Both the position numbers and the translations under genes were made by a program. From assembly GCA_030018135.1 (NCBI GenBank), contig JASEGJ010000015.1, positions 1-24,298 of the forward strand: a stretch of DNA of 24,298 bases, in the 5' to 3' direction. The notes under the pieces are model-generated. The model saw only the letters and a list, made by a program, of their open reading frames with translations. It was not told the DNA's origin and made no database searches. This document shows positions 8,288 to 17,040 of the stretch, one piece after another; within the stretch, counting starts at the first letter, position 1; the number at the start of each line of letters is the position of its first letter. This DNA is from Candidatus Hodarchaeaceae archaeon. GTDB taxonomy: Archaea > Hadarchaeota > Hadarchaeia > Hadarchaeales > Hadarchaeaceae.

Positions 8288-9076
8288 CTAATAGACGATG
8301 ACGCTCTGCACGCTCGGCAGCTTGCGGAGCGCCTCGATTACTTCCCCCTTGACTGGCTCGTCGGTGATGATCGTCAGCTTGGGCTGCGGCACAAAATACG
8401 GGTCGTCAGCAATCGCCTGTCTGATGCTTATGCCAAACCTTGAGATCGCGCCAGTGACCTCGCTTATTATGCCCGGCCGAGTGGCATCCCTGGGCAGGAT
8501 CTCCACCACGCCAAGCCCGAGCCGCCGAGACACGCCCTTGAGGTAGGCGATCGGTTCGAGGTTTGCAAACACCTCCCGCAGTTCCCTGTTCTGGAGGATT
8601 GCCCTAGCCGCTGCATCGACGACGCGCCTATCGACGCCAGCTTCCTTGGCGATTTGAACGGCGGGGATGCGGATGTCCCCGCACGCGATCTCGCCGTCAT
8701 CGCGGACGCGCAGGCCATATTTAAACAGCACTCGAACGACGTTTAGTTGCGCGGGATGGCCCTCGAATGCCCCTTGAACTTGGGCCCACATCCCCGCCCC
8801 GCCCGCGCGCTCGATCTGAGCACCAGCCATCTGGGCAATGGTCAGCCTCATCAGGCTCTCGATGAACGCCGGGTCTAAGCCCTTCTTCTTCGCCCTCTCC
8901 TTCGCCAAAGCCACAATCGCCCGTTCCCTCGCCTCATCGCGGATGCCCGCGCCCAGCTTTTTCTTTAGGGCGACCAAGTCCTCGACGAGCCTCAGCCTTT
9001 GAGCGAGCAGGTCTATCAGCTGCTCATCGATCCGATCTATCTCGCGCCGCAGGGCCCCCAATTTCCTCTCGCTCAT
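8288..9076 (-). CDS. trpY: Fusion protein: N-terminal AroQ chorismate mutase plus C-terminal TrpY-family regulator (HTH + ACT)
   Basis: aa 1-90 carry the AroQ pattern LRREIDRIDEQLIDLLAQR...K...IRDEARE...Q. Linker AGGAG. aa 96-262 (MWAQV...GLRV...IACGDIRI...AGVDRRVV...GISIRQA...LTIITDEP...V.VY) follow the TrpY pattern. Confidence 0.85.
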   Translation of the reverse strand: MSERKLGALRREIDRIDEQLIDLLAQRLRLVEDLVALKKKLGAGIRDEARERAIVALAKERAKKKGLDPAFIESLMRLTIAQMAGAQIERAGGAGMWAQVQGAFEGHPAQLNVVRVLFKYGLRVRDDGEIACGDIRIPAVQIAKEAGVDRRVVDAAARAILQNRELREVFANLEPIAYLKGVSRRLGLGVVEILPRDATRPGIISEVTGAISRFGISIRQAIADDPYFVPQPKLTIITDEPVKGEVIEALRKLPSVQSVIVY

Positions 9077-9945
9077 GATTTAACCTCCATGCGCGCCCCT
9101 TCTATCGACGGCCTAGTAACTACTATCCTACCCGGTCTCTTTTGCCATATCCTTTTTACTCTGCCGACGTCGCCCGGCCTAGCTATTGCCACAACTGCTG
9201 GCCCGGTGCCAGTCAGGCCAGCTGCGAGGGCACCCATCTTCAGCGCATCTAGCGCGATGTCCTGATCGTGTCCGAGCGCACAGGAGTAGAGCAAACCGTT
9301 GAGCGTCAGGGCGCCCAAGATGTCCCCTCCCAACGCTTGTTTGTGGGCAGCTTCGACAAATTTTGACAGGAGTTTAGTCCTCTCGACATCGACCCGAGCG
9401 GTGTGAAGTTTGGCAGGTGGCACGTGGATAAGCACCCTCAGCTTTGGGTCGACCCTGAAGCGCTTCAGTACGCGCCGCTTGAAATTGTCCGTTATCACGC
9501 CGCCGCCAAAAAAGGAGGCAGCGGCATCGTCAAGCGCGCCCGTGATTGTAACGCCCGCCTCCAGGGCTGCGTCTATGCCCAAGTTTACGGCGACCTTGGG
9601 CTGAGGCTTTTCGCCAAGCGCGGCAAAGGTCGCCAAGATTGTGGCGTTGGCTGCGGCGCTGCTGCTGGACAGGCCAACGGCTATTGGCACCTCGGAGGTC
9701 GTCGATATCTTTGCGCCATAGGTGCGATCTAACCCGAGGTGTTCGAGAACCCTCCGCGCGCAAACCTCTATCAGGCGCGGGCTTTCAGATGGCTCGTCAG
9801 CTATTCGCCCCACGATCTCGCCAGCCCGATCCGTAAGCTCAACTTCCGCTCGAACGCGCAGGTCGACGGCGAATGCGGCCCCCTTGCCAGTCGCGATGGC
9901 GTTGACCACGGTCGCGGAGCCGCAGGCGGAGGCGATGCCCCTCAC
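9073..9945 (-). CDS. aroK: Archaeal (GHMP-family) shikimate kinase
   Basis: [48 protein letters not shown] and ATGA overlaps with its neighbours. Confidence 0.93.
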   Translation of the reverse strand: MRGIASACGSATVVNAIATGKGAAFAVDLRVRAEVELTDRAGEIVGRIADEPSESPRLIEVCARRVLEHLGLDRTYGAKISTTSEVPIAVGLSSSSAAANATILATFAALGEKPQPKVAVNLGIDAALEAGVTITGALDDAAASFFGGGVITDNFKRRVLKRFRVDPKLRVLIHVPPAKLHTARVDVERTKLLSKFVEAAHKQALGGDILGALTLNGLLYSCALGHDQDIALDALKMGALAAGLTGTGPAVVAIARPGDVGRVKRIWQKRPGRIVVTRPSIEGARMEVKS

Positions 9946-11048
9946 TTTCTTACCTCGAACCGATTGGGATCTATTTTGCCAGCGCGGAGCATTTGGTCGG
10001 CCAGCACGATCGCGAGCATGGCCTCAGCTACGGGGACTATGCGCGGGCAGATGTTGGGATCGAATCTTCCCTTGAGTTTCAGCTCGACCTCCTCCATGCG
10101 CGCGATGTCGACCGTGCGCTGGGGCTTGGTTATGGACGGCGTGGGTTTGACCGCTATTCTGGCGACGATCGGCATGCCCGTGCTTATCCCGCCGAGAATT
10201 CCTCCCGCGTTATTTGTCAGGCTCACGATCTTCCCCCTCCTCAGCGCCAGAGGATCGTTCATCTCGGAGCCCCGCATCCTCGTTGCCATGAAGCCAGCGC
10301 CTATTTCAACTCCCTTGACCGAGCCGATCGACATCAGTGCGTGAGCAATCTCAGCGTCGAGCTTATCGAACACTGGATCGCCGAGCCCGGCTGGCACGTT
10401 GAGCGCGAGCACCTCGACCACGCCGCCCGTGCTATCGCCCGCCTCGCTCGCCTTCAGCACCTCTTCCTTCATCCTTTCGGCAACGCCCAGGTCGGCGCAC
10501 CTCATCGGATTTTTTTCAACATTTTTTCTGATCTCGTCCGGCTTGACCTCTCGTCCAACCGCCACGCCGGCCGCCTCGACGGTATGCCCAAGGACCTCGA
10601 TGCCGTGCGCGGCCAGGAGCTTCTTGGCGATAGCACCGGCCGCGACCCGAGCGATGGTTTCCCTCGCCGCCCCCCTGCCACCTCCACGGTGGTCGATGTG
10701 CCCGAACTTCAGCCAATAAGGGAGTTCGACATGCCCAGGTCTGGGCTTGGTCTTTATCGCCTCATAGGGGCTTGAGTCGACATCGACGTTGCGCACGAGC
10801 ATGCAGATCGGCGTGCCCAAAGTTTTGCCTTCGAACACGCCCGATAGGATCTCAACGCGATCCCTCTCGGCCCTTGGGGTCGTGACGATCGATTGACCCG
10901 GGCGGCGACGGTCAAGCTCCCGTTGCACATCGGCCTCGCTCAGGGGCATGCCCGCTGGCACGCCGTCCACGACTACGCCGATGGCGACGTTGTGCGATTC
11001 TCCGAACGACATCATGCGAAAAATCTTTCCAAAGGTGTTTCCGCCCAT
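9942..11048 (-). CDS. aroC: Chorismate synthase
   Basis: [59 protein letters not shown] 11048 follows GGGGTGG; the ORF-track start at 11207 lies inside aroA. Confidence 0.93.
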   Translation of the reverse strand: MGGNTFGKIFRMMSFGESHNVAIGVVVDGVPAGMPLSEADVQRELDRRRPGQSIVTTPRAERDRVEILSGVFEGKTLGTPICMLVRNVDVDSSPYEAIKTKPRPGHVELPYWLKFGHIDHRGGGRGAARETIARVAAGAIAKKLLAAHGIEVLGHTVEAAGVAVGREVKPDEIRKNVEKNPMRCADLGVAERMKEEVLKASEAGDSTGGVVEVLALNVPAGLGDPVFDKLDAEIAHALMSIGSVKGVEIGAGFMATRMRGSEMNDPLALRRGKIVSLTNNAGGILGGISTGMPIVARIAVKPTPSITKPQRTVDIARMEEVELKLKGRFDPNICPRIVPVAEAMLAIVLADQMLRAGKIDPNRFEVRK

Positions 11049-11078
11049 AATGCCACCCCATCTGAGCTTTAACATGCC

Positions 11079-11086
11079 TTTTAAAA
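11079..11086 (-). promoter_or_regulatory. Putative TATA box for aroC-aroK-CM/trpY
   Basis: TTTTAAAA 31-38 nt upstream of the aroC ATG, with a purine-rich BRE-like stretch 5' of it, in a 115-bp intergenic gap. Confidence 0.5.
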
Positions 11087-11163
11087 TCCTCCATTTTTCA
11101 ATGTTTTCGGCTGAATGTATATCTCCATGTTGCTTTTGTAACCTTTGGCCCCAGAGGTAAACG

Positions 11164-12453
11164 TCACCACACAAGTTCCAGCCGACCACCCAATTTTCGC
11201 ATGTCATCGATGAAGTTTGGGTAAGACACTTTAACGCTCTCCGCCCCGTCTATGACCGTCTCCCCCTTTGCGACCAGACCAGCGACCGCTAGCGCCATGG
11301 CCATGCGGTGGTCGCCGTAGGAGGTAAGGCTGGCGCCCTTGAGCTGCTTTACCCCCCGCAGGTGGAGTTCGCCGGGCAACTCCTTCACCCGGGCCCCCAA
11401 TTTGTGCAGCTCGCTGGCGAGCGCGCGGAGACGGTCCGTCTCCTTGTACCTGAGGTGTGGGATGTTTGTGAGTGCCGTCCGACCATCGGCGACCGCCCCG
11501 AGCACCGCGAGCACCGGCACTAGGTCGGGGTTGTCGCCGCAATCCGCTTCAATCCCGGTCAGCCCTCCGGCGCCGGTGACCTCTACGGTCCTGCCCCGAA
11601 CCCTCAAATCAACCCCAAACTCGCGGAGCATGTCGACTATGCGCTTGTCCCCCTGCGCCCCGCGGACATCGAGGTTGTTCACCCTGACTTCAACCCCGGT
11701 CAGCGCCGCAGCCCCGAGGACAAATGCTGCGGATGAAAAATCGCCCGGGATGCTGAATCGGGTTGCCTTGAAAACTTGCCTTCCCGGGATCCAGAATTCC
11801 GTGAGGGCCCGATTGTGCTTGATCTTTGCCCCAACCGCGTCCAGCACCTCGAGCGTTATCTCGACGTAGGGCCTGGAGCGCAGTTCCTCGGTTATCGATA
11901 GCTCGACGCCGCCCTCGGAATACGGACATGCGAGCAGCAAAGCTGAGATGAATTGTGAGCTGACCGCGCCGGTGATCTCGACCTCCCCCCCTTTGAGCCC
12001 GCCCCCCACAACGACCGGCGGTCTGCCCCTCGGTCCCTCGCACCTCGCCCTGGCGCCCAGCTTCGCCAGGGTTTCTATGAGCTGCCCCATCGGGCGCGCG
12101 CGAATCGAAGCGTCGCCCGTCAGGTGCACGGAACTCGGCGACAGCGCGGCGATCGCGCTCATGAAGCGAAGCGTGGTGCCGGAGTTGCGCACATCGATGA
12201 GGTCGGCTCTTGGCTCGAGGTGCCCCGCGGTGCCGACAATCCGCCAAGTCGTCCCTTCTTGTTTGACCTCAGCGCCGAGGATTCGAGAGGCATCGATGGT
12301 GGCCAGAGTATCAAAACTCAGAAGCGGGTCGATGACTCTACTTTCGCCGCGCGCGAGCAGGCCTATGGAAAACGCCCGATGCGTGTAGCTCTTCGATGGT
12401 GGGGCGGTGACCTCGCCAGCAAGCGTCGATGGCTTGACCCTTAGGATGGCCAT
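11164..12453 (-). CDS. aroA: EPSP synthase (3-phosphoshikimate 1-carboxyvinyltransferase)
   Basis: [50 protein letters not shown]. Confidence 0.96.
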   Translation of the reverse strand: MAILRVKPSTLAGEVTAPPSKSYTHRAFSIGLLARGESRVIDPLLSFDTLATIDASRILGAEVKQEGTTWRIVGTAGHLEPRADLIDVRNSGTTLRFMSAIAALSPSSVHLTGDASIRARPMGQLIETLAKLGARARCEGPRGRPPVVVGGGLKGGEVEITGAVSSQFISALLLACPYSEGGVELSITEELRSRPYVEITLEVLDAVGAKIKHNRALTEFWIPGRQVFKATRFSIPGDFSSAAFVLGAAALTGVEVRVNNLDVRGAQGDKRIVDMLREFGVDLRVRGRTVEVTGAGGLTGIEADCGDNPDLVPVLAVLGAVADGRTALTNIPHLRYKETDRLRALASELHKLGARVKELPGELHLRGVKQLKGASLTSYGDHRMAMALAVAGLVAKGETVIDGAESVKVSYPNFIDDMRKLGGRLELVW

Positions 12454-12484
12454 GAACTTCCCGCTAAACAGTCTTCAAAAGCCC

Positions 12485-12491
12485 TAATATA
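12485..12491 (-). promoter_or_regulatory. Putative aroA TATA box (TATATTA)
   Basis: Minus strand caaacgc-TATATTA, 32-38 nt upstream of ATG 12453. Confidence 0.4.
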
Positions 12492-12627
12492 GCGTTTGAT
12501 AACTCAATGATTAGCCAACGGTGAAAAACATGGGGAAGGCAGGGTGCTGCGCGGAGCCCTGTTGCTTTTATTGCTGGAGTAGCCCCTGTTTCAGTAGATG
12601 GAACCTTTTTTGCCAATTCGGCATGCA

Positions 12628-12641
12628 TTTTAACATGTACA
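12628..12641 (+). promoter_or_regulatory. Putative aroA' operon TATA box with an abutting perfect TRP box
   Basis: TTTTAACA 12628-12635 immediately followed by TGTACA 12636-12641. TTG start at 12667. Confidence 0.5.
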
Positions 12642-12666
12642 TTCTTAACTCGGAAGGGGTGGTTGA

Positions 12667-13467
12667 TTGTCAGAGATAGGTAAACAAATTCGGCTCGAGC
12701 GTATAACCAAACGCGAGACCCACCGCACTGTGATAGTACCCATGGATCATGGCTTGAGCATGGGCCCGATCGCTGGGCTGGAGGACATGGCAGCGATCGT
12801 GAACAAGGTTGCGGATGGTGGAGCAAATGCGGTCGTGCTTCACAAGGGCATCGTGCGGGCTGGCCACAGGGGTTACGGGCGCGATATAGGCTTGATCATA
12901 CACATCTCTGGCAGCACCGCGCTGGGCCCGGACCCGCACAGCAAGGTGTTGGTGACCTCCGTAGAGGAGGCGATTCGTCTTGGTGCCGACGCGGTGTCCG
13001 TGCACATCAACATTGGTGCGGCAAATGAGCCAGAGCAGCTTCGAGCCCTCGGCACGGTGGCCGAGACCTGTGCGGGGTGGGGCATGCCCCTGCTCGCCAT
13101 GATGTATCCCCGCGGCCCAAAAGTTAAAAGCGAGCACGCGCTCGAGATGGTGGCGCACGCAGCCCGCGCCGGGGCAGAGCTTGGCGCAGACATCATCAAG
13201 ACCAACTACACGGGCGACATCGACTCATTCAAAAAGGTCGTCAAGGGTTGCCCGGTGCCCGTCGTGATCGCCGGTGGTCCTAAGATGACGACCGACAGGA
13301 ATGTGCTCGAGATGGCTGCCGATGCGATCAAAGCTGGTGCGGCAGGAGTTTCGATAGGTCGGAATGTATTCCAGCATCGCAACCCGACCGGCATGATTAG
13401 GGCGCTCTCTCGGATAGTGCATGAGGAGGTCTCCGTCGAACGGGCCATGCGTGAGCTAAAGCGGTGA
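12667..13467 (+). CDS. aroA': 2-amino-3,7-dideoxy-D-threo-hept-6-ulosonate (ADH) synthase, MJ0400-like DhnA-type aldolase
   Basis: [54 protein letters not shown]. Adjacent to DHQ synthase II. Confidence 0.92.
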   Translation: MSEIGKQIRLERITKRETHRTVIVPMDHGLSMGPIAGLEDMAAIVNKVADGGANAVVLHKGIVRAGHRGYGRDIGLIIHISGSTALGPDPHSKVLVTSVEEAIRLGADAVSVHINIGAANEPEQLRALGTVAETCAGWGMPLLAMMYPRGPKVKSEHALEMVAHAARAGAELGADIIKTNYTGDIDSFKKVVKGCPVPVVIAGGPKMTTDRNVLEMAADAIKAGAAGVSIGRNVFQHRNPTGMIRALSRIVHEEVSVERAMRELKR

Positions 13468-13471
13468 GGGG

Positions 13472-14587
13472 TTGCGAAGGAGCATTTGGGTCAGGGCGGA
13501 CTGGGTTGAGCCCTGGGAGCAGCGAAAGCGCTTCGTGACGGCCGCGCTCGAAGCCGGCGCTGATGCGGTCGTGGTGCAGCCAAGTGAGGCAGCCGTTGCG
13601 CGCGGACTTGGCGCAATAACAATCGTCGCGGGCGGACCAGCGCCAGGGGTAGATGTGGTGATGTTGAGCGCGAGCACGGTGGCTGATGTCGAGCGGGCAG
13701 TGGCATCCGCGAGGGAACTTCGGGAGCAGGGGGGAAAGACGGCGATATGCGTCGAGATAGTCGACAAGGAACTTGAGCGAGCAGCGGTCAGGGCCGGAAG
13801 GGCGTCCGATTTCATCGTCGCGATAGGGCACGATTGGAAGGTGATACCGCTCGAAAACCTGATAGCCGAGCTCCACCGCGCAAACGTCAAAATCCTTGCA
13901 GGCGTGAAGGATGCGGACGAGGCCAAGACGGCGGTTGGGACCCTCGAGATCGGTGCGGACGGCGTGCTTTTGGATCCTCGTGAGAGGGGCCCCGGGGAGG
14001 TGCGCAGGGTTTGCGAGGCGCTCGAGAGCTTGGCGATGGAAAAGCTTGAGCTCGTACCAGCTAGGGTCGTATCTGCCAGGCCAGTGGGCATGGGCGACCG
14101 CGCCTGCGTCGACACCTGCTCGCTCATGACGCTCGGGGAGGGTATCCTAGTCGGTAGCCAAGCAGACGGCATGTTCCTCGTTCATTCCGAATCGCTCGTC
14201 AGCAAATACGTTGAACCCCGGCCCTTTAGGGTGAATGCAGGCGCAGTACACGCGTACGTGCGACTGCCGGAGGGCAAGACCAAGTATCTTTCTGAATTGC
14301 GCGCGGGCGATGAGGTATTGCTCATAAATGCCCGCGGTGAGGCCCGCGTTGGCATCGTCGGCCGCGTCAAAATAGAGCGCCGTCCCCTGCTGTTAGTTGA
14401 GGCGGAGCGCGAGGGGCAGGTGTTCAAGGTGTTGCTGCAAAATGCCGAGACCATAAACCTCGTCGCAAAGGATGGCAACCCGATATCCGTCACCTCGCTC
14501 AGGCAGGGCGACGAGGTGCTCGTCCGAGTGGAGCGCGTGGGGCGTCACTTCGGTGTCAAAGTGGCGGAGACCATCGTCGAGAGGTAG
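13472..14587 (+). CDS. aroB': 3-dehydroquinate synthase II (MJ1249-like)
   Basis: DWKVIPLENLIA, GDRACVDTCS, RPFRVNAGAVHAY, GRVKIERRP, LQNAETI, RHFG. Confidence 0.94.
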   Translation: MRRSIWVRADWVEPWEQRKRFVTAALEAGADAVVVQPSEAAVARGLGAITIVAGGPAPGVDVVMLSASTVADVERAVASARELREQGGKTAICVEIVDKELERAAVRAGRASDFIVAIGHDWKVIPLENLIAELHRANVKILAGVKDADEAKTAVGTLEIGADGVLLDPRERGPGEVRRVCEALESLAMEKLELVPARVVSARPVGMGDRACVDTCSLMTLGEGILVGSQADGMFLVHSESLVSKYVEPRPFRVNAGAVHAYVRLPEGKTKYLSELRAGDEVLLINARGEARVGIVGRVKIERRPLLLVEAEREGQVFKVLLQNAETINLVAKDGNPISVTSLRQGDEVLVRVERVGRHFGVKVAETIVER

Positions 14588-14591
14588 CTCC

Positions 14592-15314
14592 ATGCTGAAG
14601 CTCGGCAGGCACCAGCTGCGGACGCCGGCGGTCTGTGGATCCGTCATAGGCGAGGAAATAGGTAATATGGCGGCAGGCATGTCTTTGGCCCTCGAGCAGG
14701 GTGCCGACCTGATCGAACTCAGGCTGGATGGGTTGCGTGGGCTGGTGGGCTGGAAGAAGCTGCTGCGCACCGACTCGCCAATCATTCTAACCAACCGGGC
14801 GGAGCGCGAGGGTGGACGGTTCGGCGGAGAGGAGCGGGAACGCGTTGAGCCATTGTTGGAGGGCATCGTCGAGAAAGTTGCATGCGTCGATGTGGAGCTC
14901 TCGACTCCAAGACAATTGCTTGGCGAGGTCGTGTCCGAGGCAAGGAAGCGTGACGTGAGTATATTGATGTCTTACCACGACTTCGCCGCGACGCCGAAAG
15001 TTGACGCCATGATGGGAATCGCCGAGCACATGGTGCGTGCTGGCTGCGACGTGGCCAAAATTGTCACCTTCGCAAGGGAGCCGCGGGACTCGTTGACGGT
15101 GCTTGACTTCCTGATTCGGGCATCGGATGAACTGGGCGCGCCGGTTGTGACCTTCGCGATGGGTGAAGCTGGCAGGCTATCGCGGATCGCTGCCCCGATA
15201 CTGGGCTCGCCGATAGCTTACGCGGCGGTTGGCGAAGCCACCGCGCCCGGACAATTCGATGTCGCTACCACCAAGCGACTGTTGCGCGAGCTTGGCCTTG
15301 GGGACGAATCATGA
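14592..15314 (+). CDS. aroD: Type I 3-dehydroquinate dehydratase
   Basis: IELRLD, LTNR..REGG.F, VDVEL, SYHDF, AKIV, FAMGEAGRLSR, APGQ. ATG 14592 follows GAGGT. Confidence 0.93.
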   Translation: MLKLGRHQLRTPAVCGSVIGEEIGNMAAGMSLALEQGADLIELRLDGLRGLVGWKKLLRTDSPIILTNRAEREGGRFGGEERERVEPLLEGIVEKVACVDVELSTPRQLLGEVVSEARKRDVSILMSYHDFAATPKVDAMMGIAEHMVRAGCDVAKIVTFAREPRDSLTVLDFLIRASDELGAPVVTFAMGEAGRLSRIAAPILGSPIAYAAVGEATAPGQFDVATTKRLLRELGLGDES

Positions 15315-16177
15315 TATCGGGTAAAACAAAACTTTTCGCGCTGATGGGCGATCCCGTGGAGCAAAGCCTCTCGCCGGCGATGCACAACGCAGCCTTTAGG
15401 GCGCTCGGGCTCGATTGCGTGTATCTCGCGCTCAGGGTACAAAGGGCGATGTTGGCGGATGCCATAGCTGGCGTCCGTGCATTGGGCATAACTGGCCTAA
15501 ATGTCACACACCCGCACAAGGTCAATGTCTTAAATTTGCTCGATGAACTGGATGAATCGGCGAGCGCGGTTGATGCAGTCAACACCATCAAAAATGATAG
15601 GGGCAAGCTCGTAGGCTTCAACACGGACGGGCCTGGCGCCGTTCTAGCGCTCGAGCGAGAGGTCGGTAAGCTAGCTGGTCGTAGAGTTTTATTGCTCGGC
15701 GCTGGAGGGGCGGCTCGATCCATAGCTTTCTCGCTGGCCAAAGCGCGGGCGGAGTTAACTATCGCGAACCGCACCGCCCTCAAGGCGCAGGGACTGGTCG
15801 CCGCGATCAAACAGAGGCTGGGGGTGGACGTGGGGCAAATAGGAATAGGGCGCAAGGAGCTTGCGGGTGCCATAAAGCGGGCGGATATCCTCATAAATGC
15901 GACGACGATCGGCATGCGCCCGAACATCAACCGAACCCTCGTGACGGCGAGCATGATGCACCGCGATCTAGTGGTCAACGATATAGTTTACGAGCCAGTT
16001 CAGACGAGGCTGCTCCGAGAGGCAAGAAAAGCTGGCGCTAGGACGGTAACAGGTTTAGGGATGCTTGTGCATCAAGGGGTATTGGCGTTCGAAATATGGA
16101 CGGGCAGGAGGGCGCCGATTAAATTTATGAGGACAGCAGTTAAACGTGAGCTGCGCAGACGGGGTGAGAAGGTTTGA
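15311..16177 (+). CDS. aroE: Shikimate dehydrogenase
   Basis: SLSPAMHN, NVTHPHK, AVNT, NTDG, GAGGAA, NRT, DIVY, GMLVHQ. ATGA overlap with aroD. Confidence 0.96.
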   Translation: MISGKTKLFALMGDPVEQSLSPAMHNAAFRALGLDCVYLALRVQRAMLADAIAGVRALGITGLNVTHPHKVNVLNLLDELDESASAVDAVNTIKNDRGKLVGFNTDGPGAVLALEREVGKLAGRRVLLLGAGGAARSIAFSLAKARAELTIANRTALKAQGLVAAIKQRLGVDVGQIGIGRKELAGAIKRADILINATTIGMRPNINRTLVTASMMHRDLVVNDIVYEPVQTRLLREARKAGARTVTGLGMLVHQGVLAFEIWTGRRAPIKFMRTAVKRELRRRGEKV

Positions 16178-17040
16178 GGTTCGCGATCATCGGCGCGGGC
16201 GCGATGGGTAAATGGTTTGCCAGCTTTGCGAAGCAAAACTTGGGCGAGGTCGAGGTAGCAGACGTAAGTGCCGCAAAGGCTAGGCAGGTCGCTGATGAGC
16301 TGGGCGTGAAAGCAGCGGAGACGGGCGCCGAGGCAGCTGCTCGGGCGGATGTCGTCATAGTCGCAGTGCCAATCACCAAAACTCCGGATGTTGTTAAATC
16401 GCTCGCGAAATGCATGCGGAAGGGCTCGCTCATGATGGACATCGCGTCGGCGAAGAGCGATGTGGTGGGCACGATGCGTGAACTCGATGTTGAGCTTGAG
16501 CTCGTTTCGATTCATCCGCTCTTTGGCCCAGGAGCGGCGACCATGAGCGGAAAAGATTTTGTGGTCGTTCCCGTAAAGCCGGGGAAACTCTACGCCGAGT
16601 TTAAACGGCGTTTGGTGGAGCTAGGCGCACGTGTAACCGAAATGGAGGCGGAGGAACACGACCGCATAATGGCGATCTCTCAATGTCTAACGCACTTTGT
16701 GCTCCTTTCGTACCTCTCCGCACTTAATTCGATGAAGGACTCGAGGCGCGCGAAACAACTATGCACGCCCATGTCCGAAGCCCTGCTCAATCTGGCCAAA
16801 TCCGTCCTAGCTGGAAACCCGGACCTTTACGGCGAGGTTCAAGTCCTAAATAGGTATGCGCAACTTACGCGCAGCAAGTTGATGGAGGCCTGTCACTCGC
16901 TAGATGTGGCATTCGCGGCACGCGATATCAAGGTAGCTCGCAAGATCTTCAGCGATTCGTTGAAGCTATTGGGTCGGGCGGATGCGCAAGCCGCATATAA
17001 GCAATTGTACAAGTACCTAGAGAGCGGGGAAGGAACATGA
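16174..17040 (+). CDS. tyrA: Prephenate (cyclohexadienyl) dehydrogenase
   Basis: IIGAGAMG Rossmann motif, VAVPI, DIASAK, SIHPLFGP, EHDRIMA.SQ.LTH. TTGA overlap with aroE. Confidence 0.9.
   Translation: MRFAIIGAGAMGKWFASFAKQNLGEVEVADVSAAKARQVADELGVKAAETGAEAAARADVVIVAVPITKTPDVVKSLAKCMRKGSLMMDIASAKSDVVGTMRELDVELELVSIHPLFGPGAATMSGKDFVVVPVKPGKLYAEFKRRLVELGARVTEMEAEEHDRIMAISQCLTHFVLLSYLSALNSMKDSRRAKQLCTPMSEALLNLAKSVLAGNPDLYGEVQVLNRYAQLTRSKLMEACHSLDVAFAARDIKVARKIFSDSLKLLGRADAQAAYKQLYKYLESGEGT

Noticed and set aside
1555-10775. Long antisense or alternate-frame ORFs (e.g. 2477-3418, 4012-4869, 6238-7221, 9993-10775)
   Set aside because: Shadow ORFs of GC-rich, well-supported genes on the opposite strand, with no protein motifs.
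11049-11207. Trp-rich 53-codon in-frame extension of aroC (5 Trp) as an attenuator-like leader
   Set aside because: It starts inside aroA without an evident ribosome-binding site, runs across a TATA box, and its Trp codons are scattered. AroC homology begins at ATG 11048.
12540-12561. GC hairpin CAGGG...CCCTG in the aroA/aroA' divergent region as a riboswitch
   Set aside because: It lies upstream of both predicted TATA boxes and matches no RNA family I recognise.
13472-13520. Three Trp in the first 15 codons of aroB' as a regulatory sensor
   Set aside because: N-terminal Trp residues are, to my recollection, a family feature of DHQ synthase II.
17006-17017. TGTACA near the tyrA end (also one in nadE near 18388) as TRP boxes
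   Set aside because: Both lie within coding sequence without a 10-bp-phased partner, and a few chance hexamers are expected. A weak internal pheA promoter (TATAA 16996-17000) cannot be fully excluded.
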